Assembly (NCBI GenBank): GCA_965200315.1 | Contig: OZ241362.1 | Coordinates: forward strand, 800,001-864,000 | DNA length: 64,000 bases | Source of the DNA: Candidatus Latescibacterota bacterium | GTDB taxonomy: Bacteria > Latescibacterota > UBA2968 > UBA8231 | Direction: 5' to 3' | In this document: positions 10,148 to 20,534 of the stretch, piece after piece | How the letters are laid out: every line of letters starts with the position of its first letter | How positions within the stretch are numbered: position 1 is the first letter of the stretch | Position numbers and translations under genes: made by a program | The notes under the pieces: generated by a model | Database searches by the model: none | What the model saw: only the letters and a program-made list of their open reading frames with translations | What the model was told of the DNA's origin: nothing

Positions 10148-11053
10148 GTGAAACTCGTCATCGGCAGCCGCGGCAGCCAACTCGCCCTCATTCAAGCCCA
10201 CGAGGTCCGCAACCGCTTGCTAGCACGGCACGACGGGCTAGACGTTGAGATCTCAACCATCCGCACCGCCGGCGACGCGACGACAGGTTCGCTGCGGAGT
10301 TTGGTAGGCACGGGCGTTTTTACCAAAGCCCTCGAGTCCGCCCTGTTGGATGGGCACATCGACTTAGCGGTTCACAGCCTGAAAGACCTGCCGACCCAGA
10401 TGCATCCCGCGCTCGCCCTCGTCGCCACGCCCGAGCGCGAAGATGTGCGCGATGCCCTCGTCGGGCCCGGCCTATCCTCACTCGCCGACTTGCCGGATGG
10501 CGCGCGAATAGGCACGAGCAGCCTGCGCCGCCGCGCCCAACTCAAGGCCCTGCGCCCCGACCTAAACATCCTAGATATTCGCGGCAACCTAGACACCCGC
10601 ATCGACAAAGCCATGCGCGGCGAGTGCGATGCCGTCATCTTGGCCGTTGCCGGACTCAACCGTCTCGGCTGGCAGGAGCGCATCGGCTGCTACCTGCCCC
10701 TGAATCAGGTCCTACCCGCGCCCGGGCAAGGCGCTTTAGGACTACAAATGCGCGCCGCCCACCCTGCGCGTACCGCCGTCGCAGCCCTCAACCACGCTCC
10801 AACCCTAGCCTCAGTGCAAGCCGAGCGCCATTTACTGCACACCCTGCGCGCTGGGTGTCACGCGCCCGTCGGCGCTTGGGGCCGCATGGAGGGCGACCTT
10901 CTCGCGCTCGATGGCTTGGTCGGCCATCCCGAAGGCACCCGGTTACTGCGCGCCGAACGCCGCACCGCTCCTACCTGCACCGCATCCCTTGCCGAATCCC
11001 TTGCCGAATCCCTGCACGCCCAAGGTGCCGACGCCCTCTTGCAGGTGCTCTAA
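10148..11053 (+). CDS. hemC: Hydroxymethylbilane synthase (porphobilinogen deaminase)
   Basis: IGSRGSQLAL, GVFTKALE, AVHSLKD, GTSSLRR, IRGNLDTR, PAPGQGAL, GCHAPVG. Confidence 0.96.
   Translation: MKLVIGSRGSQLALIQAHEVRNRLLARHDGLDVEISTIRTAGDATTGSLRSLVGTGVFTKALESALLDGHIDLAVHSLKDLPTQMHPALALVATPEREDVRDALVGPGLSSLADLPDGARIGTSSLRRRAQLKALRPDLNILDIRGNLDTRIDKAMRGECDAVILAVAGLNRLGWQERIGCYLPLNQVLPAPGQGALGLQMRAAHPARTAVAALNHAPTLASVQAERHLLHTLRAGCHAPVGAWGRMEGDLLALDGLVGHPEGTRLLRAERRTAPTCTASLAESLAESLHAQGADALLQVL
10984..11013. repeat. 12-bp tandem repeat (ATCCCTTGCCGA x2.5) at the hemC 3' end
   Basis: Direct reading; encodes SLAESLAESL. Confidence 0.85.
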
Positions 11054-12582
11054 TGTCGGCCGAATACACCACCCCGGGCATCGTGTACATCGTCGGGGCC
11101 GGCCCCGGTGACCCCGGCCTGCTGACCCTCAAGGGCCTGCGCTATCTGCGCGAGGCTGACGTCGTCCTGTACGACAACCTCCTCGATAGCCGCTTGCTCG
11201 ACCTAGTGCCCAGCACGTGCGAGCAAATTGCGGTGGGCAAACGAGGCGGTCGCAAAAATCCCTCTCAAGACGCGATCCATGCACTCCTCGTCGATCGCGC
11301 TCGCCAAGGCCATGTTGTCGTCCGTCTCAAAGGCGGCGATCCCTTCATCTTCGGTCGCGGCGGCGAAGAGGCCCTGCACCTGCGCCAAGCCGGCATCCCC
11401 TTTGAAATCGTCTCCGGGGTCTCTGCGGCCTCTGGCGTCTTGGCCTACGCCGGCATCCCCCTGACCCATCGCGGCACCGCCTCGTCCGCGCTGCTAGTCA
11501 CCGGTAACGAAGACCCGGCTAAGCCCGACGCGACCATCGAATGGGATCAACTAGCGGCCTTTGACGGCACGCTCGTCATCTTCATGGCCGTTCGCAAGCT
11601 CGCCAGTATATGCCAACATCTCGTCGCTCGGGGCCGGCCGGCTTCGACGCCAGCTGCGGCCATCGAATGGGGCACTTGGCCCGATCAGCGCACGGTCGTC
11701 ACCGATCTCCAACACCTGCCGGCCCGCGCCACGGCCCAGCAAATCCGCTCACCGGCCCTCATCGCAATCGGCCCAGTCGTAGCGCTGCGCCAAGAACTCA
11801 ACTGGTTTGAGAGCAAACCGCTCTTTGGTCGCCGCTTGCTCGTCACCCGCAGCCGCGAACAGGCCGGCCCCCTCCAGCAGCACCTCGAAGCCGAAGGAGC
11901 GGCCGTATCGACCCTGCCTCTCCTGCACATCGGCCCGCCCGACGACTGGACGGCTGTAGATGCGGCCCAAGACCGGCTCGGGAACGTTGCTTGGGTCGTC
12001 TTCACCAGCCCCAACAGCGTGGCCTTTTTCTGCGACCGGCTCTACCAGCGCGGCCTCGACGCCCGGGCCTTTGCCCACACGCGCCTAGCAGCCGTCGGCT
12101 TGGCTACGGCCGCGGCACTGCGCCAACAGGGCTTAGTCCCCGATCTCGTGCCCCCGAGCCAATCGCAGGCCTCGCTAGCCAGCGCCTTTGCCACATTCGA
12201 TGTGGCTGGCCAAGAAATCCTCTTGCCGGCCTCTTCCATTGGCCGCACTGAACTCGCCGATACGCTCGCCGCACGCGGTGCTCGAGTTCACCACCTAACG
12301 ACGTACGTAAATCGCCTGCCAGACCAAGTCGAACTTCCCGCCGTGCTAACCGAAAACAGACTCGACCTCATCGTCTTCGCCAGCCCCTCCAGCGTCCACA
12401 ATTTTCATCAGGTCCTAGGGCCAGAACGCGTCGAGGCCGTATTCGCCCGCACCCACATCGCCTGCATTGGTCCCACCACAGCTAAAGCCGTGCGCCAGCT
12501 CGGGTTTGCCGTTCACGTGCAGCCCAGCGAAAGTAGCATCCCCGCGCTCGTCCAAGCCATCATCGCCTTCTACGCTCCGTGA
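11053..12582 (+). CDS. cobA: Uroporphyrinogen-III C-methyltransferase / uroporphyrinogen-III synthase fusion (CobA-HemD)
   Basis: VGAGPGDPGLLT, RLKGGDPFIFGRGGEE, then LVTR..EQ, FTSPNSV, FASPSSV, CIGPTTA; start coupled to hemC stop (TAATG). Confidence 0.93.
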   Translation: MSAEYTTPGIVYIVGAGPGDPGLLTLKGLRYLREADVVLYDNLLDSRLLDLVPSTCEQIAVGKRGGRKNPSQDAIHALLVDRARQGHVVVRLKGGDPFIFGRGGEEALHLRQAGIPFEIVSGVSAASGVLAYAGIPLTHRGTASSALLVTGNEDPAKPDATIEWDQLAAFDGTLVIFMAVRKLASICQHLVARGRPASTPAAAIEWGTWPDQRTVVTDLQHLPARATAQQIRSPALIAIGPVVALRQELNWFESKPLFGRRLLVTRSREQAGPLQQHLEAEGAAVSTLPLLHIGPPDDWTAVDAAQDRLGNVAWVVFTSPNSVAFFCDRLYQRGLDARAFAHTRLAAVGLATAAALRQQGLVPDLVPPSQSQASLASAFATFDVAGQEILLPASSIGRTELADTLAARGARVHHLTTYVNRLPDQVELPAVLTENRLDLIVFASPSSVHNFHQVLGPERVEAVFARTHIACIGPTTAKAVRQLGFAVHVQPSESSIPALVQAIIAFYAP

Positions 12583-13592
12583 AAACCTACCCAGCCGGCA
12601 AGCTGCCTCCCACCGAATTAAGCCGTCTGCTCGACACCTATACCCACCGCCACGAACGCCTGCTCGTGCCGCCGACCGTGGGCGAGGACGCAGCGGTCAT
12701 CGACTGCGGCGACCGCTTGCTCGTGGCCAAGACCGATCCCATCACTTTCGCCAGCGACGAGATTGGCTGGTACGCCGTTCACGTCAATGCCAACGACATT
12801 GCAGCCATGGGAGCGACGCCCCGCTTCTTCCTCAGCACTATCCTCCTCCCCGAAGAACGCGCCACGCCCGAGTTGGCGGAATCCATTTTCCGCTCCATCC
12901 ACCAAGCGGCCGAGCGCTTGGACATCGCCGTCTGCGGCGGGCACACAGAGGTGACTTACGGACTCGACCGTCCCTTAGTCATCGGCCAGATGCTCGGCGA
13001 AACCACGCGCGACCGCTTGGTGCGCTCTTCGGGCTTGCAGCCCGGCCACGCCCTGCTCCTGACCAAGGGCTTGGGCATTGAAGCCACCGCTATCATCGCC
13101 CGCGAAAAACGCACCCAACTGCGCGACTGCGGCTGTATGTCCGCCTTTTTGGACGCCTGCGCCGACTTTCTCCACATCCCCGGCATCAGCGTCGTGCGCG
13201 ACGCCCAAATCGCCGTCCAAGCCGGAAACGTTACCGCCATGCACGATCCAACCGAAGGCGGGGTCGCCACGGGCCTGTGGGAATTGGCCACCGCATCTGC
13301 TGTGGGCGCAGAAATCAACTACCATGCGCTACTCCTCGATCCAGCTACAGCGCATCTTTGCGCGGCCTTTGCGCTCGATCCGCTCGGCGTAATTTCTTCG
13401 GGTGCGCTGCTGATCGGCTGTACGGACGATTCCGCCGACGCCATCCTCGCGTCCCTGCACGACGCCAACATAGCCGCAGCCCGCATCGGCACAGTGCGTC
13501 CTCCTTCCTTCGGGCTTCAGCTACGCCGCGACGGCCACCTGACGCCATTGCCCACTTTTCCGGTGGACGAAATCGCGCACCTCTTTGCCTAG
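12579..13592 (+). CDS. AIR synthase (PurM)/HypE-related protein
   Basis: GKLP, GEDAAVI, DPITF, NANDIAAMGA, GGHTEV, MHDPTEGG, ISSGALL. Confidence 0.85.
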   Translation: MKTYPAGKLPPTELSRLLDTYTHRHERLLVPPTVGEDAAVIDCGDRLLVAKTDPITFASDEIGWYAVHVNANDIAAMGATPRFFLSTILLPEERATPELAESIFRSIHQAAERLDIAVCGGHTEVTYGLDRPLVIGQMLGETTRDRLVRSSGLQPGHALLLTKGLGIEATAIIAREKRTQLRDCGCMSAFLDACADFLHIPGISVVRDAQIAVQAGNVTAMHDPTEGGVATGLWELATASAVGAEINYHALLLDPATAHLCAAFALDPLGVISSGALLIGCTDDSADAILASLHDANIAAARIGTVRPPSFGLQLRRDGHLTPLPTFPVDEIAHLFA

Positions 13593-13682
13593 GCCAGTTA
13601 ATCGCGACCGACGACGCGGCGGTGCCAAGGTTTGCGATGATGGGTCGGCAGGCGTTTTTGTTTGGATGAATAGACTCGCACA

Positions 13683-14166
13683 ATGATACAATTTACTCTT
13701 TTGCTTTTGACCTTATACTTGGGCACCTCACTCGTTTTTGCCCAAGAAACGCAAGCGCGAGCAGATTCTACGCAGAGTGAGCGACCGACATTTTCGCAGG
13801 TACTTACCTGAGTGGGCTGACTTCTTGTTCACCGAGACACAGACGCGCCCGGCGTTCTTTTTGGGCACGAGCTCAGATCGAATTGGTTCGCCATCGGGTG
13901 AGCAGTCTTACTTCGCGACTGTAAGTAAATACATACCTCGGTTGCGCTCTTCTTTTTACGGCAGTTTGAACTATTCGGAATGGGATGGAAAGTTCAATGT
14001 TACCTTTGGCGTGGGCTTTGAATTGGGCAAAGGCTTTTCATTGCGACCGATGTATGATGGCGACCAGAGGCATGTAATGCTAAATTATTTCACCGCGCAA
14101 TACGGTGTCAGTTTGCTGTACGTGTGGCTTGAAACCATGGATATTTCGCTTTCTCTTGGATTTTAG
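13683..14166 (+). pseudogene. Disrupted exported/outer-membrane protein gene (signal-peptide ORF 13683-13811 plus an out-of-frame beta-rich remainder)
   Basis: MIQFTLLLLTLYLGTSLVFAQE...SQVLT-TGA; another frame continues FLFTETQTRPAFFLGTSSDRIGSP... and ends in SLGF. Confidence 0.55.
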
Positions 14167-14178
14167 TGTGGAGGATCC

Positions 14179-14426
14179 ATACGTTATTGCAATTTTTCAT
14201 TGCTAATTGTTTTCGCAAGTAAATGGATATTTCTCATCCCATCTTTGGCGACGCGAAACAGACGCCCGCTTGGCATCAGTTTAAGGTGAAAGCGATTCCT
14301 GCGCTGTATCTTCTCGATCGAGAAAGTCAGATCGTAGCTCAGTAGGTGGGCAAGATAGATTGCGACGAAGTGGAGAAGTAATTCTTGCGACGGTTAGAAA
14401 AAAAACTCGACATTGAAGGGCCATGA
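14179..14426 (+). pseudogene. Remnant of a TlpA/thioredoxin-like redoxin
   Basis: RBS GGAGGA then ATA; FASK/MDISHPIFGD...FKVKAIPALYLLDRESQIVAQ*VGKID..VEK*; cis-Pro-loop-like AIP motif, CxxC half missing, in-frame stops. Confidence 0.6.
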
Positions 14427-14523
14427 GCGAATTTATTGCGAAGAATACTCAGGCTCGTTTTGCTGCGGCTCGCTCCAAGTACGTCCCCCACTCCTTTATC
14501 TTTTTGACAACCCAATAAATCCC

Positions 14524-15522
14524 ATGACACAAATAATCTCCACGGTCGACTTTGACCGCGATGGCAAGCAAATCGGCTGGCTGCATCTGCCGCATTCGGT
14601 CACTCGCAGTGCCTACGGAGTACTGCCCATCCCCGTCGCCGTCATTCGCAATGGCCCCGGGGCTCAGGTCTTGCTTATAGCCGGCAACCACGGCGACGAG
14701 TACGAGGGCCAAGTGGCCCTGACGCGCTTGATCCAAAAGCTGCAGCCCGCGCAAATCTGCGGCGGCCTCATCATCATACCGGCGCTGAATCAGCCAGCCG
14801 TGCTAGCGGCCACGCGGGTCAGCCCGCTGGACGCCGGGAATCTGAACAGGGTTTTTCCGGGCGACCCCGAGGGCGGACCGACGTGGAAAATTGCGGACTA
14901 TGTCGAACGGCATCTGCTGCCGCGGGTTGAAGTGGTGGCCGACTTCCACGGCGGCGGGGCCTCCCTCGACTACCGACCACATGCCAGCACCCACTTCGGC
15001 CCCAACACGTCCTCCGAGCACAAGCATCTAAGCCTAGATTTGGTTTCCAAGCTGGGGGTGCCGCACGTCATGGTTTTTGAGCACAACACGGATAAGGGCG
15101 GGCTACCCAACGCTGCCATCCGGCAGGGCGTGATTTCTCTGGGCGGGGAATACGGCGGCACGGGTAGCGTATCGCGGTCCGGGGTAAAGCTGGTGCAACA
15201 GGTGGTTGACCGATTGCTGGCAGCCTTGGGGGTCAAGGGCGCACTGCCGGACGACCTCGAAACGCCTCAAGTCCTCCACATCTTCGGCCCCGACGCGTAC
15301 GCTTATGCAACGGAATCAGGCCTGTTCGACCCGGCCACCGATCTGGGCGACGAGGTGAGTGCCGGCGATCTGTGTGGTCAGGTTCTGTTTCCGGAAAATC
15401 CTTCGCGCCCTCCCGTGCCCGTCACTTTTCGAGGCGAAGGTACGGTGGTTTGCAAACGGCACCCGGGCAGAGTGGAAGCCGGCGACTGCGTCGCTCACCT
15501 AGCAGCCCCTGTAAGCGACTGA
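14524..15522 (+). CDS. Succinylglutamate desuccinylase/aspartoacylase family deacylase (DoeB-like)
   Basis: AGNHGDEYEG, NLNRVFPG, DFHGGG, GEYGG; start placed at MTQIIST. Confidence 0.85.
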   Translation: MTQIISTVDFDRDGKQIGWLHLPHSVTRSAYGVLPIPVAVIRNGPGAQVLLIAGNHGDEYEGQVALTRLIQKLQPAQICGGLIIIPALNQPAVLAATRVSPLDAGNLNRVFPGDPEGGPTWKIADYVERHLLPRVEVVADFHGGGASLDYRPHASTHFGPNTSSEHKHLSLDLVSKLGVPHVMVFEHNTDKGGLPNAAIRQGVISLGGEYGGTGSVSRSGVKLVQQVVDRLLAALGVKGALPDDLETPQVLHIFGPDAYAYATESGLFDPATDLGDEVSAGDLCGQVLFPENPSRPPVPVTFRGEGTVVCKRHPGRVEAGDCVAHLAAPVSD

Positions 15523-15540
15523 CCCCTTCCCGTCAACCTC

Positions 15541-16281
15541 TCACTCAATTTCATACACCACAGCGACATTCACGGTGACAGTGAGTTCACCTATGGCGAT
15601 GGGAGTGGCAGTACGCGCGACATCATCGAAGGCCACTTCTGTAGTCGCAAACGGGATTGGCGGACCTTCAAAATAGGTACTCTCAGTGATAGTAACAGGT
15701 TCCCCTAGCCTTACACCACTTGCTTTCGCTAGGGTTTGTGCTTTCGCTTTAGCATCCTGTACCGCCAAACTACGCGCCTCGGTTTGCAATGGTGCAGTAT
15801 CATCGATCATAAATTGAATAGAGTTAATAACAATGCTATTCCCTCCCGCGGCGGCGGCATTATCTATGACATCACTGAGGATTGCCAATTCTCGGACCTT
15901 CGCCCTCACAGTGTTATTTACTCTGTAACCGCGAAGTACGCGTCCGTCGTCCTTATAGTCGTACTGGGGATAGATACTGAAATTCTCGGTTTTAATGTCT
16001 TTTTCCGCAATGTCGTTTGCTTGCAGAGAAGCTATTAACGCCGTCATCGCACTCGCCGCTTCTTCACGAGCCTCGGCGACGGTCTCTCGCTCAACAGACA
16101 CACCTACATCGAGCATTGCAATATCCGGTTCACCAGTAACGGAACCGCTCCCGGTTACATAGATAGTTCTGTCTGTTGCTGAAGACGATAATACCTCCGA
16201 GGCAATATTCACATCACAGGCCATGAGGGTTAGAGTCAGCAATGTGCCGATCGTTAAAAAACAGTAATTATATCTTTTCAT
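15541..16281 (-). CDS. SIMPL (DUF541) domain lipoprotein
   Basis: Lipobox-like LMAC, VTGSGSV..EPD, IKTENFSIYPQY, AVQDAKAKA..LA; RBS AGGAGG; lower GC. Confidence 0.88.
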   Translation of the reverse strand: MKRYNYCFLTIGTLLTLTLMACDVNIASEVLSSSATDRTIYVTGSGSVTGEPDIAMLDVGVSVERETVAEAREEAASAMTALIASLQANDIAEKDIKTENFSIYPQYDYKDDGRVLRGYRVNNTVRAKVRELAILSDVIDNAAAAGGNSIVINSIQFMIDDTAPLQTEARSLAVQDAKAKAQTLAKASGVRLGEPVTITESTYFEGPPIPFATTEVAFDDVARTATPIAIGELTVTVNVAVVYEIE

Positions 16282-16398
16282 TTGACCTGACCTCCTAAAA
16301 GTCCCTTTATAATTCCGACACACCAGTGGGGCTTTTTATTGATACCTTTAATCTGTTTATCCCCTAGTGGTTTGTCAATCTATAGCGAGAAATATCCC

Positions 16399-16677
16399 AT
16401 GTCACTTCACGAACCCTTGGCAGAAGAAGACCTAGTGCCGATTCTCGAAAATTTTTACAAAAACGGCGTGACCATCATCCACAATGTCTCGTCCCGGGAA
16501 GAATGCGAGCAAATATGCCGACGCGTCGACCAGATCTTCACCGAACCTTATTTCACCGAAATGCGGAATGTGAAAATAAGACCAGCGCTCGATGGCAAAG
16601 CACCCATCGTTGTACATCGGCTATTTGAATGCGACCGGATGTTCCGCGATCTGCTCGTGCGCGAGCCTATCATATCC
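16399..16677 (+). pseudogene. N-terminal fragment of a phytanoyl-CoA dioxygenase family protein
   Basis: FYKNGVTIIHNV.S.EEC...D.MFRDLLVREPIIS breaks off into the RBS of the next gene; no HxD motif. Confidence 0.65.
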
Positions 16678-16693
16678 AGAGAGGAGATCATCA

Positions 16694-17539
16694 GTGGCGT
16701 ACCAATTTCAGCCGGGCGCGATGTACCTCATGCCCACTCATTTCGGACCGATGACGGGACCGCGGCGCGGCCCCGACGGCAAGGGGTATCCCTGCATCGA
16801 TACCCCCAAGTCCACCAGCTACTCGGTCAGCTTCCTGACCAACGCCGAACAGCTCGCGGAGCTACTGCCGGAGGGATTCGCGCTGCACGGCGAGCCGGTA
16901 GTGACAGTGTACCAGATCCACATGAAGGAGATCGAGTGGTTGGCCGGACGCGGCTACAACATAATGGGTGCGACCTTTCTGGCGACCTACACCGGCAAGC
17001 GCGACCGCGCAATGGGACCGTTTCTGACCGTCCTGTGGGAGAACATGACCGAGCCGATCCTCACCGGCCGGGAACAGCTCGGGTTCTCGAAGATCTACTG
17101 TGAGATGCCAGAGCCGGCCGTGTGCCGAGGCGAGACCCACGTCATCGCGCACTGGCAGGGGTTTCGCTTCTTGGACATGAAGCTGACCAACATGCGCGAG
17201 GTGCCACCTGCCGACTATCCAGCGTCGACAGCACCGCGCACCGACGGCGTACTGACCGGCCTGCTCCACTACAAGTACATCCCCCGCACCGGCCACTGGG
17301 GCGAAGCAGACGCAGCCTACGCCTGCCTGACCCCTGAGGAGGGCAGCAACAGCCGCTTGACCGGGTTGTGGAAAGGCGATGGGACGGTCGAATTTCACCC
17401 GGCGCGCTGGGAGGACATGCCGACCCAGTACATGATCGTCAACGCGTTCCACAACCTAGAGATCAAGGAATTCCGCGGTGGCACTATCAGCAAGACCGTG
17501 GGCAGCAAGGACCTCAGCGACCAGCGCATGTTGGTATAG
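16694..17539 (+). CDS. Acetoacetate decarboxylase-like family protein
   Basis: MPTHFGP, LLPEGF, WLAGRGYN, GREQLGFSKIY (Schiff-base Lys); GTG start after GAGGAG. Confidence 0.85.
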   Translation: MAYQFQPGAMYLMPTHFGPMTGPRRGPDGKGYPCIDTPKSTSYSVSFLTNAEQLAELLPEGFALHGEPVVTVYQIHMKEIEWLAGRGYNIMGATFLATYTGKRDRAMGPFLTVLWENMTEPILTGREQLGFSKIYCEMPEPAVCRGETHVIAHWQGFRFLDMKLTNMREVPPADYPASTAPRTDGVLTGLLHYKYIPRTGHWGEADAAYACLTPEEGSNSRLTGLWKGDGTVEFHPARWEDMPTQYMIVNAFHNLEIKEFRGGTISKTVGSKDLSDQRMLV

Positions 17540-17587
17540 GGATCGGGCCAATATTCACGGTCCCTGAACCGATTCTGCGGTGGGCAC

Positions 17588-18798
17588 TTACCGGTTGAGC
17601 GCGTCGAGTGGTTGCTTGACCTCGTTCCACGCAACCTGATGAGGAAGTACACCGGTTAGAACTGCTCGGGCCGCACAAACGCCCGCCGCTTGGCCCATGG
17701 CCACGGCGTTGCCGGTGACCCGATAGCTCGAATGGGCGATGAAATCCCCGCTGATGCAGCGTCCAGCCATGAGGAGCCGTCCACGTCCCGGGCGATCAGT
17801 GCCCGCAGGGGAATGTCGTAGGGTTGTGACCGATGCGGCTTGGCCTCGACCGCATTGGTCTTTGCCGGATCAGTCGAATGCACATCGATCCCCATGGTCA
17901 CGCGACAGACAGCGTCGTCGAAACGCGCGCCCTCAAGTAGGTTCTTTCCAGTCACTTCATACCGGCCATGTATGCGACGCCCTTCCCGCACGCCGATCTG
18001 CGCCGTGGATACAATGCGGATACCAGACCAGACTCCGCCTAGCTGTCGCAGCGCGGCCACCTGCTGATGGACCTCGCGTCGGCCGCTGATAATCGCCTCG
18101 GTGATCCGGTCTGGATCGTCACAGGTCCCACCGTATTGATGGTTCGACATCAACGCGAACAGGTCGTCGCGGATGCGGAACAGCGTCGGGTGGCCGTCCG
18201 ACGGTGCCACGCCAATTTCGCTCATCAGCGCACCCAAGCGCTCTTTGGGCTCGCGCAGGGACCCGCCCACATAGGACTCTACCGCGTCGAACTTAATGCC
18301 CCCGATCAGGGCCATCAGACTCATGGGTTGAACTGCACCTGTTTCTGGATGGCCCATGTCGAACCCACAGCCGGCTTGGGCACCCAGATCACCGTCGCCG
18401 GTCGCGTCGATAAAAGCCTTGGCGTGCCAGGCTTCGCGCCCCGCCTTCGACTCCGTGATGACAACGGAAAGCCGATTATCCGAATCGCGTCCCGCTGCCA
18501 CAACCCGCGTCAGCAGCCGCACATCGACGCTGGCCTCCAGACACATATAGTCGAGTAGCCGCTTCATCTCCTCCACATCATAGGCGTAGTTCTTGCCGCC
18601 GTCGTGCCGCAGCCGCCTAAGCACTCCCGTGGTCCAAACGCCGCCCAAGCAACCGTGCAACTCGATCAGCCGTGTCTTTACCCCTTGGCGGGCAGCAGCA
18701 ATCGCCGCGGCCACACCCGCAGGTCCCCCACCACAGACGACCACGTCTGTTTCCTCAACGATGGGAACGTCCCGGGCCTGTTCCTGATGCGATCTCAA
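17588..18798 (-). pseudogene. FAD-dependent oxidoreductase, frameshifted near 17776, probable internal deletion
   Basis: VVVCGGGPAG, IDATGDGD, IGVREGRRI, YDIPLRAL; C-terminal AGRCISGD...RV...AMGQAAG lies in another frame (17588-17770). Confidence 0.8.
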
Positions 18799-18850
18799 GC
18801 TCTGTCCTCCTACTTCTGCCCCTGAATTGGATATCTAGGCCACAGGAGAA

Positions 18851-20314
18851 TCACTGCGGCGTCACGTCTCCCGCAAAAGGGCCGTACATGCCCTTCCCCC
18901 ATTCGATCCGCGCCGTCGCCACATTTGCCACAACTTTGGGATCGGCCGGCGCTGACGCGATCTCTGCATCATCTTGGGCGATCGCAATCCGGTTGCTATC
19001 CGCGATGAATTCCAGTGTGGTTTCCCCCTGTCTCCAAGCCACTGGACCTGCGGCGCATCCCAGCTTGCGCATCCGGTGCATCGTCCGATACTCGTTCCAG
19101 ACCTCGTCGTCGTGCAAAAACTCCATTCTCATGTCCCGTTCCGGGCAACTCTTCGCACTGGTCGAGATGAAGAGCGAGTCGCCCATCGGGGCCAAGCCCG
19201 TGATTCGATTGCCCCAGCCGTTCCAGACGAGTTCTGAGCCGTGCATCTTGTTGTAGCCAAGGACCCGATCTTCCCAAGGGTGGTTCATCTCGTCCGTGAC
19301 TGTGGGATGCTCGAACATCCTGCGGACAAAGTGCCATTCGTCGCCGGGGTGGTCGTAGCGCCATAACTCAGCCCACGGCCAGACCCCCACGTACACATCT
19401 CCCCCGAACAGGCAGGTTGTCTGCGCCTCGCGTACGGCAGTCGAAACACCGGGCATCACCGGCGGCCAATCCTCCAAGTGCCGCAGCGTCGTCCCCTTTT
19501 TCACGTATTCCAGCAGGTTCCCAGTCGGATAGTGGCCAATCAGCATCCGATCATACCAGTTCAGCATCGAATAGAGTTGGTGGCTGACGCCCGTCTGAGA
19601 CTGGATAATGAGCCTCCATGCCGAGCCGTCAAAGGCGTAGACCCCTCCAACATTCGAGGACTGAATGAGCTCGTCGCCCAACTGACCGGCGGCGAAAGAG
19701 GTTTCGCTCGCATAGCGCAGCTCCAGCGTAATCGCCCGGTCCAGATCGAGCGGACCAGCGCCCGGCCGCCACAGAACCGCATGCAGCTTGCTCCATTCGG
19801 GGTCGTTGTTCTGATAGAAGATGAGGTGGCCGTGGGAGTAATAGAAATGGTGGTAGTGGCCCTCGTCGGGCTGCATCAGGATCTTCACGCCGTCGTACCA
19901 TGCCTCGCCGCCTTTGAACTGGAGCAGTTTTCCGGCCAAACGCATCATCCCCTCGCCGCTTGCCGTCTCCTTGACGCCAAACCTTTCGTCAACGACCCAA
20001 GCCTTGGATTCGTCATCGTACCATCGCGCAGTGCGATCGAGCTGATTGCTGAACTGGTAAACCTTGCCGTCAAGGTCAAATAGATAATTGCCACCGTCGT
20101 CGGATGGAAACGGCAGCTTCTCGTAAGTCACCTCTCCGCCATCGTGACGGACGAAAAACTGCAGAGTCCAGCGGTCCATGCGAAAGTGCGTATTGAAAAG
20201 CCCCATGAACCCCGCGCCAAACAGCACTCGACCGTCGCTGTCTCGGGCTTCAAATACGGTCCCTAGATTCTGCCCGAGATCTTCCCCGAAGTTCACCTTC
20301 GCGGTGATATGCAT
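18851..20314 (-). CDS. Hypothetical protein, aromatic-rich, probable beta-propeller
   Basis: 487-aa ORF with RBS-like GAGGA; recurring GxxYxFDG/W motifs; family not recognised. Confidence 0.7.
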   Translation of the reverse strand: MHITAKVNFGEDLGQNLGTVFEARDSDGRVLFGAGFMGLFNTHFRMDRWTLQFFVRHDGGEVTYEKLPFPSDDGGNYLFDLDGKVYQFSNQLDRTARWYDDESKAWVVDERFGVKETASGEGMMRLAGKLLQFKGGEAWYDGVKILMQPDEGHYHHFYYSHGHLIFYQNNDPEWSKLHAVLWRPGAGPLDLDRAITLELRYASETSFAAGQLGDELIQSSNVGGVYAFDGSAWRLIIQSQTGVSHQLYSMLNWYDRMLIGHYPTGNLLEYVKKGTTLRHLEDWPPVMPGVSTAVREAQTTCLFGGDVYVGVWPWAELWRYDHPGDEWHFVRRMFEHPTVTDEMNHPWEDRVLGYNKMHGSELVWNGWGNRITGLAPMGDSLFISTSAKSCPERDMRMEFLHDDEVWNEYRTMHRMRKLGCAAGPVAWRQGETTLEFIADSNRIAIAQDDAEIASAPADPKVVANVATARIEWGKGMYGPFAGDVTPQ

Positions 20315-20534
20315 GCCTATCCTCTTCCTAAGTCTAGATTCATAAAGATCATAAAAGACCTTTTAGATATGTGTCCAGCGGTGTGGTTGTCCTAGCGACC
20401 GATTGGCTGCCGATTATGCACGTCAATGCCGACAAAAACGGTTGCTTGGTGCAGCGACTTTTCGTATTCCTAAGGCATATCAGCCTCCCATGTAGGAGGA
20501 TACGCCAACGCAGGCTCTTTGGTCTGCTGATGTT

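Noticed and set aside
10984-11013. hemC 12-bp repeat as a phase-variation locus
   Set aside because: In-frame, low copy number, in a tolerant terminal helix.
10624-11052. N-terminal extension of the 652-aa CobA-HemD ORF
   Set aside because: Overlaps hemC in another frame; the coupled ATG at 11053 gives the expected protein.
12579-13592. Calling this gene hypE
   Set aside because: Lacks the C-terminal PRIC motif and hydrogenase context.
16339-17103. 254-aa ORF as an intact gene
   Set aside because: A PhyH fragment running into an alternative frame of the next gene.
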